Source: Syntrophorhabdaceae bacterium (GTDB lineage Bacteria; Desulfobacterota; Syntrophorhabdia; Syntrophorhabdales; Syntrophorhabdaceae). From it: 64,000 nucleotides of DNA. This document shows, one piece after another, positions 1-8,840 of this stretch. The DNA lies in NCBI GenBank assembly GCA_963665295.1, contig OY762209.1:2944001-3008000 (forward strand), read 5' to 3'. How positions within the stretch are numbered: position 1 is the first letter of the stretch; each line of letters begins with the position of its first letter. Made by a program: the position numbers and the translations under genes. The notes under the pieces were generated by a model. That model searched no databases, had not been told where the DNA came from, and saw only the letters and a program-made list of their open reading frames with translations.

Positions 1-688
1 GCCCGCGGGACCGGGGCCGGAGGCAAGGGACGCCACAGTGGGGTCGTCGAGGGCGCCCGTCTTTAAGGATGGTCCCGGGTCCGGGGACGTGCGGTACGTC
101 CTCTCCCTGGGGACGAGGCTTGCCATCCATGACATGGGCCGCGGGAGAGAGGGGTTCTCGGCTATCGACCTTGGGGATGGTGAATACGGATGGATCGAGG
201 ACGCGAGGTTGAGACGGACACAGGGAACCACCCTTGATAACAAGAGGAAAAGAGAGGATATCCTCGCGACGGCGGGGCTTTTTCTCGGAACACCATACCT
301 GTGGGGAGGGAGGAGCATGTATATGTCCCGCCTCCATGGCATCGCCACCGGCGTGGACTGCTCGGGCCTTGTCAATCTCGCATTTCGGGTACAGGGGATC
401 GATATTCCGAGGGATGCCCATGAGCAGTGGATGAAGGCGGAACATATAGGTTCAGAGATGCTTGAGCCGGCGGATCTCATTTTTGTCTGCCGCGAAACAG
501 GCGTAGTAAGTCATGTCATGCTCTTTGCCGGTGGTGAGAGTTTCATCGAGGCTGCAGAAACAGGGGGGAAGGTAAGGATATCTACCTTCAGGGAGAAATT
601 CGGGGAAGATCTTGCGACCCTGTCACGCCTCGGGGGGCTCGGCACCGGAGAAGAAATCCTTTTCGGGAGGGCGCCGCTATCACTGTAG
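1..688 (+). CDS. NlpC/P60 (C40) peptidase with SH3-like region, YkfC-like gamma-D-Glu-mDAP/Lys peptidase (5' partial)
   Basis: PYLWGG, catalytic DCSGL, PRDAHEQ and SHV motifs; frame is open to the window start; directly upstream of a dipeptide epimerase. Confidence 0.85.
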   Translation, partial: PAGPGPEARDATVGSSRAPVFKDGPGSGDVRYVLSLGTRLAIHDMGRGREGFSAIDLGDGEYGWIEDARLRRTQGTTLDNKRKREDILATAGLFLGTPYLWGGRSMYMSRLHGIATGVDCSGLVNLAFRVQGIDIPRDAHEQWMKAEHIGSEMLEPADLIFVCRETGVVSHVMLFAGGESFIEAAETGGKVRISTFREKFGEDLATLSRLGGLGTGEEILFGRAPLSL

Positions 689-1776
689 CCCGTGTCAGGT
701 CCATCCATGTCCATGAGGTTGTCCGCCCCTTGCGGGTCCGGTTCGCCACTTCTCTGGGGGGAAAAGATACCATGAGGAGCCTCATTGTGAAGGTCGCTCT
801 CGAGGACGGCTCCTTGGGCCTGGGTGAGTGTCCGACTAGCGTTGCCTTCAGAAACGAGACCGTTCCCGTGGTGAGGGGGCTCATCGCCGGGTGGTCCCGG
901 GGTTTGAAAGGGATGTCCATCGAAGACTGGGGTGCGGCGGTCGCGACCCTGCGAAAGGTGGAAGAGGGTTACCCGATGGCGGTTTCAGGGCTCGAAACAG
1001 CCCTTTTCAGGGCATTCCTCGCGACGAAGGGGCTTGATGAGCATCTGTACTGGGGAGGACGGTTGAGGCAGATCGAGACCGATATCACCATACCTTTTAT
1101 CCCCGGCAATGAGATGCTCCCGGGCTGGGTTGATTACGCGGTGAGAAAGGGGTTCAGGATATTCAAGGTGAAAGTGAGCGGCCATGTGACCGAAGACATG
1201 AAATTCCTGTCAGGCCTCTGCCGTGCGGTAACCGACCGGGTTCCCGGTTTTACCATCCGATTGGATGGTAACCAGGGCTATTCGCCCGGGACGTTTCTGC
1301 AAATGGCGGATTACATCGAAAAGGCCGGTTATGCGGTGGAGTTGTTTGAACAGCCCCTGCCCAAAGACGACTACAAGGGACTCAAAGAGATCAGGGGACG
1401 CTCTTCCGTGCCCGTCATTCTCGATGAAACCGTGGTCACAGCCGAACAGGCCAAAAGGGTGGTGGATGAAGACCTTTGCGACGGAGTGAACATCAAGACC
1501 GCAAAGAGCGGCATTCGGGAGTCCCTCAATATTATGACCCTTGTAAAGGGGTCGGGCCTTAAACTGATGATCGGATGCATGACCGAGACCATGGTGGGCC
1601 TGTCCGCGGGAATCCACCTCGCAGCCGGTTCGGGCAATTTCGACTACATAGACCTTGACGGGATATATTTCCTGCACCACAGGGGCAGGTACGGGAGTAT
1701 AGAGATCAGCGCCCCGTGGTTCTTCGTGGGTGAGCAGGACATGTTTTCTAAGGGTTTCCCGGTTTCCCGCCCATAA
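679..1776 (+). CDS. L-Ala-D/L-Glu (dipeptide) epimerase, enolase superfamily, YkfB-like
   Basis: FKVKV, RLDGNQG, EQP, LDE, NIK, GCMTE and DLD motifs. The family-like N-terminus (ITVARVRSIHVHEVVRPL) extends upstream of the TTG at 730 to an ATC at 679, which follows GGGAGG. Confidence 0.85.
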   Translation: MTVARVRSIHVHEVVRPLRVRFATSLGGKDTMRSLIVKVALEDGSLGLGECPTSVAFRNETVPVVRGLIAGWSRGLKGMSIEDWGAAVATLRKVEEGYPMAVSGLETALFRAFLATKGLDEHLYWGGRLRQIETDITIPFIPGNEMLPGWVDYAVRKGFRIFKVKVSGHVTEDMKFLSGLCRAVTDRVPGFTIRLDGNQGYSPGTFLQMADYIEKAGYAVELFEQPLPKDDYKGLKEIRGRSSVPVILDETVVTAEQAKRVVDEDLCDGVNIKTAKSGIRESLNIMTLVKGSGLKLMIGCMTETMVGLSAGIHLAAGSGNFDYIDLDGIYFLHHRGRYGSIEISAPWFFVGEQDMFSKGFPVSRP

Positions 1777-2701
1777 TCGACGATTTGTAGGTGGCGTCTT
1801 TTTCCGCTGCCGATCCCGACCGTCCCGGTTTCGCGGCCCTGTAGACTCCACCTTCCTCGGTTATGGTGCCTGTCATAATGGTATCCGACATGGTGGCTGT
1901 GGACATGGCGGCCCGGAACAGGTTCGCGTTTGTCAGATTCGCCCGCGTCAGGTCTGTATGATAGAGGTCGGCGCCCGTCAGGTTGGCGCCCGAGAGATCG
2001 GAACTCGAGAGATCGACCCTGCTCAGGTCGGCGCTCGTCATGTCCGCCCCGTGAAGAACGGCGTTTCTGATTTGGGCGAGGTGAAGGTCGGCGCTGAAAA
2101 GATTCGCCTTCGCCAGGTTCGCCCCCCGCAGGTCTGCCCGGACCAGATCGGCGCCTGTCAGGTTTGTGCCTGCCAGGGTCGCACTGTACATGTTTGAATC
2201 CGACAGGATCGCTCGCGCCGCATTGGCGCCCGAGAGTATCGCCCCCAAAAGGTTTGCGCGGCTGAGGTTTGCGCGGCTGAGGTTTGCGCGGGAAAGATGG
2301 GCCGATTCAAGGTTCGCCCCCGTAAGGTTCGCCCCCGTAAGGTTCGCGGTGTAGAGGTTGGCCCGGAAAAGGTTCGCCCCGGAGAGGTTCGCCCCGGAGA
2401 GGTCCGCCCCCGTGAGGTTCGCGCCGCTCAAGTTGGCGACATCGAGGGTTACCCCCGGCATGGATGCGAAATAGAGATCTGTCTCCGCCATATCGATATC
2501 GTGGAGGTTCGCCCCCGTGAGGTTCGCGTTTGTCAGATTCGCCCTGGAAAGGTCTATCCGCGTGAGGTCGCAGCCCAGGCACTCATTCGTGGTCATCAAC
2601 CTGTAATAGTCTTTCTTGCTGAAGGCGTGGCCGGCGTCCGCGAAAAGGAGGCACAAGGCGGCTACTATAACGACAGGCACGAAAGCGTTTCTCTTTAACA
2701 T
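1748..2701 (-). CDS. secreted pentapeptide-repeat protein
   Basis: Signal peptide [26 protein letters not shown], CxxCDL cap, many A(N/D)Lxx repeats; ATG at 2701 with purine-rich RBS. Confidence 0.85.
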   Translation of the reverse strand: MLKRNAFVPVVIVAALCLLFADAGHAFSKKDYYRLMTTNECLGCDLTRIDLSRANLTNANLTGANLHDIDMAETDLYFASMPGVTLDVANLSGANLTGADLSGANLSGANLFRANLYTANLTGANLTGANLESAHLSRANLSRANLSRANLLGAILSGANAARAILSDSNMYSATLAGTNLTGADLVRADLRGANLAKANLFSADLHLAQIRNAVLHGADMTSADLSRVDLSSSDLSGANLTGADLYHTDLTRANLTNANLFRAAMSTATMSDTIMTGTITEEGGVYRAAKPGRSGSAAEKDATYKSSIMGGKPGNP

Positions 2702-2823
2702 CTGGAACCCCCTTTTTCTCTTACTCGGTCCGACTTCGGTGACGTTTGCGTGCCGACGCACGAAGATAGTGCCCACATATGCACTGATAATATAATGATC
2801 CGGTACAAAATGCCAACATTTTC

Positions 2824-3330
2824 TCACTGATAGATGAAACACGTGGACGTCCCGTGGGCGTAAAGCTTGCCTTCCCGGTCCATTACCGTTGCCCCGGCCG
2901 TCGCGGTGCGAGCGCCCTCATGGACTACGCGGCCTTCGCATCTCATTCGCCCTGACTCAATGGTGATGGGACGCACGAAATTGACCTTGATCTCGAGGGT
3001 GGTGAAGCCTGTTCCTGCAGGGAGAGTGGAATGGACCGCGCAGGCCGTGGCCGAATCGATCATGGCGGAGGCGATGCCGCCGTGGGTCGAGCCGAAAGGA
3101 TTGAAGTGGTATTCCTCGGGGGTGAACTCGAATATGACGTGTCCCTCATCGGCCCCGGTGAGCTGGTAGTTGATAAGGGCGGCAATGGGAGGAAGGGGTA
3201 TTTCCCCCCTTACCATGGCACGCAGGTACTCCAGGCCGCTCAAGGCTGCGATGGTGCCCCTGAAAGGGGCCGGGTCCTGCCAGACTATGGTCCGGGTCCG
3301 TTCTCCCGGGACATGTTTTTCTTCCGACAT
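2824..3330 (-). CDS. PaaI-family hotdog thioesterase
   Basis: NPFGSTHGG...DSA and TLEIKVNFVRP motifs; ATG 3330 with GGAGAGG RBS. Confidence 0.85.
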   Translation of the reverse strand: MSEEKHVPGERTRTIVWQDPAPFRGTIAALSGLEYLRAMVRGEIPLPPIAALINYQLTGADEGHVIFEFTPEEYHFNPFGSTHGGIASAMIDSATACAVHSTLPAGTGFTTLEIKVNFVRPITIESGRMRCEGRVVHEGARTATAGATVMDREGKLYAHGTSTCFIYQ

Positions 3331-3475
3331 AACCTCTCCTTGGTTTTTTCTTGACCGCCCCTCATCTGCGTCGGTCATTGTATGTGATAAGACCGCTGAC
3401 CCGGTAGACAGATCGGCATGGGTCCGGCTTCTTGTCATGTCTCGTGCCCTTTACCTCGCGCGGCCCACGAAGGGA

Positions 3476-3892
3476 TCATCTGCACTGGTAATTGCCTTCG
3501 GCAAACCTCATCCAAAAGGCCAGGGATTCCTTTTTTGCGTACTTCGGGCTATAGCCGCCCCTGACAGAGGTGGACCCGTCCGCCGTCTCGGTTATTCTGA
3601 ACCGTCCCAATACCCTGTCCGCCCTCGGGCCGAAAATCTGAGTATGGTAGATCACACACTGCACGTCTCTGGAATCAAAGTTTGCGGCGCACTCCGGAAA
3701 CCCGATAGGGTCCGGTATGAAAATGCTTTCCGACGCGCACATCTCAAAACCGCTGAGAAAATTTTTGTAGACCAACTGGTAATTCTTCTTCAGGGTTTTT
3801 TCTTCAAACACGAGTTCGCCTTCCTTCACCTGGCCGGGCGGGGTGGCGCATGCGGTAAGCAGCAGAACGATCAGGACTATGGCTGGTTTCAC
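3476..3892 (-). CDS. hypothetical lipoprotein
   Basis: MK + hydrophobic stretch + LTAC lipobox; GGGAG RBS. Confidence 0.65.
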   Translation of the reverse strand: MKPAIVLIVLLLTACATPPGQVKEGELVFEEKTLKKNYQLVYKNFLSGFEMCASESIFIPDPIGFPECAANFDSRDVQCVIYHTQIFGPRADRVLGRFRITETADGSTSVRGGYSPKYAKKESLAFWMRFAEGNYQCR

Positions 3893-3962
3893 TATGTTTC
3901 TCCCTATTGTACCGTATTTGAAGTCTACGAAAAACCCGGAGTTCTGTCAACGGACTGAACTC

Positions 3963-4844
3963 TCACGTTGCCAGGAACCTACCCGGGTTTGCGGATAACG
4001 AACCTAGGACCGTGTCCGGGTCAAAGCCTTCGTCGATCAATCTCACGGCCGCTTCCCACACTGTTACGGCCCCGCCCTTAAGAATTCCGGCGGCATCCGT
4101 CAGCGCCCCTTCCGGAACAGACACTGCCCCTCCGGGCGCTGCGCAATGGGTCTCCTTGACGGAATCGGAGATGATCATGATCCTTGTAGGGTCTTTCACC
4201 CGAAAAACCAACTCCAGTGTCCTATGATGGAGATGAAAGGGGTCGGCAACCAGTTCCACATAAATATCCGGGTTGAGGAGACCGAAGCCGGCGATCCCCG
4301 GTTCCCTGTGATGGTAACCCGCCATGGCATTGAAAAGGTGGGTAATTCCCCGCGCCCCATGCCGGAAGCCTGCCTCCGCCTCGCTAAACGTGGCATTTGA
4401 ATGTCCCATGCTTACTGCAATTCCCGCTTCCCTGAAGGCCCTTATCAACGGGAGTGCGCCGTCCAGTTCGGGCGATATGGTGATTATCTTGACGATATCT
4501 TCGAATCCCTCTGTAAGCGCCCTGTAGTCATAGTCCCGTGGCTTGAGAAAGGCCCATGAGTCGAGGGCCCCCGCGCAAAGGGGGTTGAGAAAAGGCCCCT
4601 CCAAATGGACGCCCAGTATGGACGCCCCCGGTCCGGCGCCGGTCCGGCGTTGAGCCTCCATCGCCCTTCGGATCGCATCCATATGGAGCCGCATCTTTTC
4701 TACGGGCCCGGGGTATACGGCAAGAAGCAATTCCGAGACGCCATAGGACCCGTGAATCTCCGCAACCTTGAGTACGTCTTCCGGCGCGGTCGTACGCGTG
4801 TCGTACCCGCCTATGCCGTGGGTATGTACGTCGATTACCTTCAC
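3963..4844 (-). CDS. nagA: N-acetylglucosamine-6-phosphate deacetylase (short form)
   Basis: DVHTHG, GVHLEGPFL, GHSNA, THLFNAM, ADPFH and ISDS motifs. Confidence 0.85.
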   Translation of the reverse strand: MKVIDVHTHGIGGYDTRTTAPEDVLKVAEIHGSYGVSELLLAVYPGPVEKMRLHMDAIRRAMEAQRRTGAGPGASILGVHLEGPFLNPLCAGALDSWAFLKPRDYDYRALTEGFEDIVKIITISPELDGALPLIRAFREAGIAVSMGHSNATFSEAEAGFRHGARGITHLFNAMAGYHHREPGIAGFGLLNPDIYVELVADPFHLHHRTLELVFRVKDPTRIMIISDSVKETHCAAPGGAVSVPEGALTDAAGILKGGAVTVWEAAVRLIDEGFDPDTVLGSLSANPGRFLAT

Positions 4845-4853
4845 TTTCAGAGA

Positions 4854-4862
4854 ATCATAGCA
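4854..4862 (-). promoter_or_regulatory. putative extended -10 promoter for nagA (near-leaderless mRNA)
   Basis: Minus strand reads TGcTATGAT 9 nt before the GTG start; no Shine-Dalgarno sequence. Confidence 0.4.
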
Positions 4863-4954
4863 GAAAACCTGTCAAGAAAAAAGAGAGAAAAGGCCCGGGG
4901 AGAAAAAGTGAGGTTGGAAGAGGACCGGCCATGATAATTGTGTTCCGGTTTCGG

Positions 4955-5878
4955 TCAATCTTTCCGGCCTGATCTGATGAGGTCCGCCGCCGCCTGTGCG
5001 AAAGCGGGGAACTCGAAAGGGAAACCTTTTTCCTTGAGGACGCCGGGAACGGCTCTTTGTCCTTCCAGAAAGACGTTTGAGAACTCTCCGAGGGCGCCTC
5101 TGAGGGTCCACCCCGGTATCGTGGTTATGAGAGGTTTTTTGCCCAGAGACTTATTCAGAGTATCCGCCATTTCGCGGTTCGTTACAGGTTCGGGTGAGGT
5201 AAGGTTAACAGGGCCGCTCACACTTTCATTACCAAGGAGGAAAGAAAATATCCGAGCCACATCTCTTTCGTGAATCCAGGAAAACCACTGGCGGCCGCTG
5301 CCCCATTGCGCGCCGAGGCGAAGCCGGGCGAGGGCAAGCATCTTCGGAAATGCCCCTCCCTCCCGACCGAGCACGATACCGAATCGGCACAGAACGACTC
5401 TTGCCCCCATTTTTCTCGCACCTGAAGCGGTTGCCTCCCATAGTCGGGCAAGTTCTGCAAGGAACGTGTCTCCCCCCGGTTCTTTCTCGTCAACCACGAC
5501 ATCTTTGCGGTAACCGTAGTACCCCACGCCGGATGCATTGAAAAGGCAGGGTTTGCCTCCCTGCGCGTTCTTCATGGCTTCGACGATATTTTCTGTGGAG
5601 CGTATCCTGCTCTCAAAGATTTCTTTACGCGCGGCTCTCGTCCACGGACGGAAAATGGAGGCGCCGGCGAGGTTGATCACCGCCTCATGACGGGCGCATT
5701 GCTCCTGCCAATCCCCCCTCACGGACGGGTCGCCCCTGACAATACGGACATTATGTCCAGCCGGTCCGGCGGAGCCGGCGGACCGCACAAGCAGGGTCAC
5801 CTCATGCCCTCGCCGTGTCAATGCTTCGCACAGGTACCTTCCGAGAAATCCCGTACCGCCTGCGAAAAATATCCTCAT
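4955..5878 (-). CDS. TIGR01777-family NAD-dependent epimerase/oxidoreductase (YfcH-like)
   Basis: GGTGFLG, INLAGASI, NASGVGYYG, GSGRQWFSWIH and GQRAVP motifs. Confidence 0.9.
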   Translation of the reverse strand: MRIFFAGGTGFLGRYLCEALTRRGHEVTLLVRSAGSAGPAGHNVRIVRGDPSVRGDWQEQCARHEAVINLAGASIFRPWTRAARKEIFESRIRSTENIVEAMKNAQGGKPCLFNASGVGYYGYRKDVVVDEKEPGGDTFLAELARLWEATASGARKMGARVVLCRFGIVLGREGGAFPKMLALARLRLGAQWGSGRQWFSWIHERDVARIFSFLLGNESVSGPVNLTSPEPVTNREMADTLNKSLGKKPLITTIPGWTLRGALGEFSNVFLEGQRAVPGVLKEKGFPFEFPAFAQAAADLIRSGRKD

Positions 5879-5989
5879 CCCGCACCATGCAAAGGATTCT
5901 CACGGGTGAGCCGGTGAAGAAAAAAGGCAGCCTTTCCCGTGGCGCAATACCATTCCATCTCAGGAATCATTATAATTATAACAGATTCT

Positions 5990-6751
5990 ATGGGACTGAT
6001 CCCCTCATTTACGGTGTGGATGGACATTTGCGATGTCCTCTACCTGTCATACCTGATACCGGAGAAGAGGCTGCGGCCGGCAATCCCCGAGGAACTGAGT
6101 TTTGCCGTAACCTGTCAGGGCAAAACGATCATCTCCCTTGTAATTTTTCACAGCAGGAATGTGAGGGCATCGTTTTTCCCGTTTCTTCGTTTCGATTATG
6201 ACCAGGCGAACATACGCACCTATGTCCTGGACCCCGTAACCGGGGGGAATGCAGTCTTCTTCCTGAAAAGCGGTATTACTTCTCCCCTTATTTCCGGGGT
6301 TACGCGGATCCTGGGAATTCCCTGGCAATCCATTTCCATGCGTCTTGATGCGCACAATAACCCGTCACATCAATATACGGTGGAAGGCTCATGGGAAGGC
6401 GACTACAAAATCCGCTTAAACGAAGACCAGGACCTGTCCGCAGTTCTGGAGCCCTTTCAAACCCCCGGGGAAGCAACCCATTTTCTCACAGGCCCCTCCG
6501 TAGGTTTCTATGGTTCGTCGGAAGGTATTGTGAGGTTCGAGGTCCGGCATTCGGCCATAACGCCTTCGATGGGTAAGATATCGGCAATTATCTTTCCTCT
6601 GCTCGTGCGGTCAGGGCTTCTCACAGATGACGAATTATGGTCTCCCCACAGTGCTCTTATGGCTCCCCACGGCCTTTTCAGCGTTTCAATGCCACCGGCA
6701 AAGATTCGTCTGCGACGGGGGAAGGAGGATCTATGCATGCGATGTTGGTAG
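5990..6751 (+). CDS. DUF2071/YqjF-like protein
   Basis: QANIRTYV...VFF and LGIPW patterns typical of the family; start uncertain. Confidence 0.65.
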   Translation: MGLIPSFTVWMDICDVLYLSYLIPEKRLRPAIPEELSFAVTCQGKTIISLVIFHSRNVRASFFPFLRFDYDQANIRTYVLDPVTGGNAVFFLKSGITSPLISGVTRILGIPWQSISMRLDAHNNPSHQYTVEGSWEGDYKIRLNEDQDLSAVLEPFQTPGEATHFLTGPSVGFYGSSEGIVRFEVRHSAITPSMGKISAIIFPLLVRSGLLTDDELWSPHSALMAPHGLFSVSMPPAKIRLRRGKEDLCMRCW

Positions 6752-7188
6752 GTTTTATCTCAGGCGCCCTTTCAGGTATTGTCATGGGCCTGATCTCGCA
6801 CATACTTTTCCGGTACGGGATAAACAAGAGGAGCCTCATCATTATCGACGGCTCGTTCCTACTCAGGACCCTCAAGAGTCGGGGAGGCCCGCAACTCGTT
6901 GCCGGTGCGGGTCTTTGCGTTCATCTCGTGACGAGCGGGATTTTTGGAGCGCTCTATTTCGTGGCGACACCGCTACTGGGATTCGACGCCGAGCATGCTG
7001 CCGGCTCGTTTCTCATGATAAGCCTTTATGTCGGCATCTTGTGGCTATCCATGCTCTTTATTGCTCTTCCCATTGCAGGAGAGGGCTTTTTGGGCGCAAG
7101 ATCAGGTTCCGGCTCGTGGCTTGAACAACTCGTCCTCCACGGAGTGTTCTGCGTCCTCTATGCCGTGTTGGTGAAGGTATTGCTGTAA
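6733..7188 (+). CDS. hypothetical membrane protein (4 TM)
   Basis: AAGGAGG RBS before ATG 6733; four hydrophobic segments with intramembrane His residues. Confidence 0.7.
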   Translation: MHAMLVGFISGALSGIVMGLISHILFRYGINKRSLIIIDGSFLLRTLKSRGGPQLVAGAGLCVHLVTSGIFGALYFVATPLLGFDAEHAAGSFLMISLYVGILWLSMLFIALPIAGEGFLGARSGSGSWLEQLVLHGVFCVLYAVLVKVLL

Positions 7189-7208
7189 TTCCCACGGGGC
7201 GCCGACAC

Positions 7209-7712
7209 TCAGGCCTCTTTCCTCCACACGGAAACATGCTGAAACTGTGTCACATGAACCGCCCCTTCGATAGTCATCTCGATGAGGGCCGTGTCGGGTT
7301 TGTTGATGAAGTCGGCTAACTGGGGGTGCTTGGTGATGAAAATACCGGAATATTCTTTCCGCCGGATAGCGCTCCTCACGGGCTTGGCAGTGCCGGTCAG
7401 GGTGACGGCTTCAGCCCGGCTCAGGTCTTCCGGTGTTTGGGAGCGGTTATCGACAAGGATCGATACTGATGGCCGGCCCTTTATGTTATGGTATTTGCGC
7501 GTAGCCCTCGGAGTGGCAAAGATAAGGGTTCTCCGATCGGCGGCAAAGGCAAAGGCGATGAGAGAGGTGTATGGTCCCTCCTCCCCGGAGGTGGCGAGAA
7601 CCGCAAACCGAAGGTCATCGAAGGGTGCAACCATCCGCCGGAGCGCCTCCTCGTTTCCCTGAAGGACTGTGGGATATTGTCTTTTCATTTTCAGCTCCCC
7701 TGTTTCAGACAT
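7209..7712 (-). CDS. pyridoxamine 5'-phosphate oxidase-like FMN-binding protein
   Basis: FAVLAT...PYTSLIAF...FATPRATRKYHNI...VSILVDNR pattern. Confidence 0.85.
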   Translation of the reverse strand: MSETGELKMKRQYPTVLQGNEEALRRMVAPFDDLRFAVLATSGEEGPYTSLIAFAFAADRRTLIFATPRATRKYHNIKGRPSVSILVDNRSQTPEDLSRAEAVTLTGTAKPVRSAIRRKEYSGIFITKHPQLADFINKPDTALIEMTIEGAVHVTQFQHVSVWRKEA

Positions 7713-8017
7713 GTCGCCGGCAGGTAGGGACTCTATCTCTCGGGCGGTCCGTTAGTATTGCCTCCGATCACCACCTGTCTTATGCCGGGAACCGGCTCTC
7801 CGGTCCGGCGTGCGATCCGCCGCAATTATCGACTCATAGTATTCTAGCAGAATAGTAGTCAAAATAAAGGGGAAAACTTAAACCTGAAACCGGCTTGTCG
7901 AACCGGGCCTGCCGGGGAAGGGGAGTTTGATCCCGCAATGTGGAGCGGGAAGGGCCCGGTGGCCCGTGGGGGCCATTGACGGGGGGGTCCCGGGCTTGCA
8001 TCCTCCGTGGGATTAGG

Positions 8018-8026
8018 TGATATAAT
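8018..8026 (+). promoter_or_regulatory. putative extended -10 promoter
   Basis: TGaTATAAT about 30 nt upstream of the DUF1460 start and its AAGGAG RBS. Confidence 0.5.
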
Positions 8027-8054
8027 TAAGGCTACGCGACGAAGGAGAAGTTTT

Positions 8055-8807
8055 ATGTCAGACAAGGAGATCATACGGCTCGGTAGGTGGTCCGAGGGAG
8101 ATCTGGACCGTTTTATCCGGGAGGCTGCCCTGATATCTGATGCAGGCCTCAGGATCGCGCATATCTCGCGGGAATTCCTGGGAATCCCCTATCAGGGTTT
8201 CACCCTTGTAGGGGATTGCGCGACTGCTGAACGCCTTGTCATCAATCTGGAAGGCGTTGACTGTTTCACTTTCATCGACTACGTGGAGGCCATGCGCCTT
8301 GCCCGTACCTTTGCCGCCTTCAGAGAAAATCTCCTTCCCGTACGCTATCGTAAAGGCCGAATCGCTTTCGAAGAGAGACACCATTTTTTTTCGGACTGGA
8401 TAAAGTCGAGAAGTGCCTTTGTCCATGACATCACGGCAACGGTAGCGGGGGGAGGGTCGGAGGTCGCCGAAAAGACCCTTAACGTGAAGGAAGACGGTTC
8501 CCTCTACCTTCCCGGTCTTGCGGGGACAACCAGGGAGATTCGCTACGTTCCGGGCGGACAGATCGATGCGCGGGTGAGGGAGAGATTGAGAACAGGAGAT
8601 TACGTGGGGATCTACACCGACCTTGCGGGACTGGACGTTTCCCACGTGGGCATATTCATCCGTGAAAGGGATAAAGAGTGGTTCAGGCACGCTTCCTCTG
8701 CCGAGGCGGTGAAGAGGGTGGTTGACCAGGACTTCGAGGGCTATGTGGCTACAAAACCGGGTATTGTGGTGCTCCGGCCCATAGAACCCGCCGGGACTCT
8801 CCCCTGA
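8055..8807 (+). CDS. DUF1460 N-acetylmuramoyl-L-alanine amidase-like protein (NlpC/P60 superfamily)
   Basis: FLGIPY, ERLVINLEGVDCFTFIDYV, RHHFFSDW, GLDVSHVGI and RHASS motifs; no signal peptide. Confidence 0.85.
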   Translation: MSDKEIIRLGRWSEGDLDRFIREAALISDAGLRIAHISREFLGIPYQGFTLVGDCATAERLVINLEGVDCFTFIDYVEAMRLARTFAAFRENLLPVRYRKGRIAFEERHHFFSDWIKSRSAFVHDITATVAGGGSEVAEKTLNVKEDGSLYLPGLAGTTREIRYVPGGQIDARVRERLRTGDYVGIYTDLAGLDVSHVGIFIRERDKEWFRHASSAEAVKRVVDQDFEGYVATKPGIVVLRPIEPAGTLP

Positions 8808-8840
8808 GGAACAGGGGCTGACCCTCGGAAACAGGCTCCG

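Noticed and set aside
1900..2560. Periodic DNA repeats as a CRISPR array (also 53090-53530)
   Set aside because: The 15-nt period with no unique spacers is explained by pentapeptide-repeat coding.
7885..8000. SRP RNA, 6S RNA or cobalamin riboswitch call
   Set aside because: The diagnostic conserved motifs were not found, so it is kept only as an unassigned structured region.
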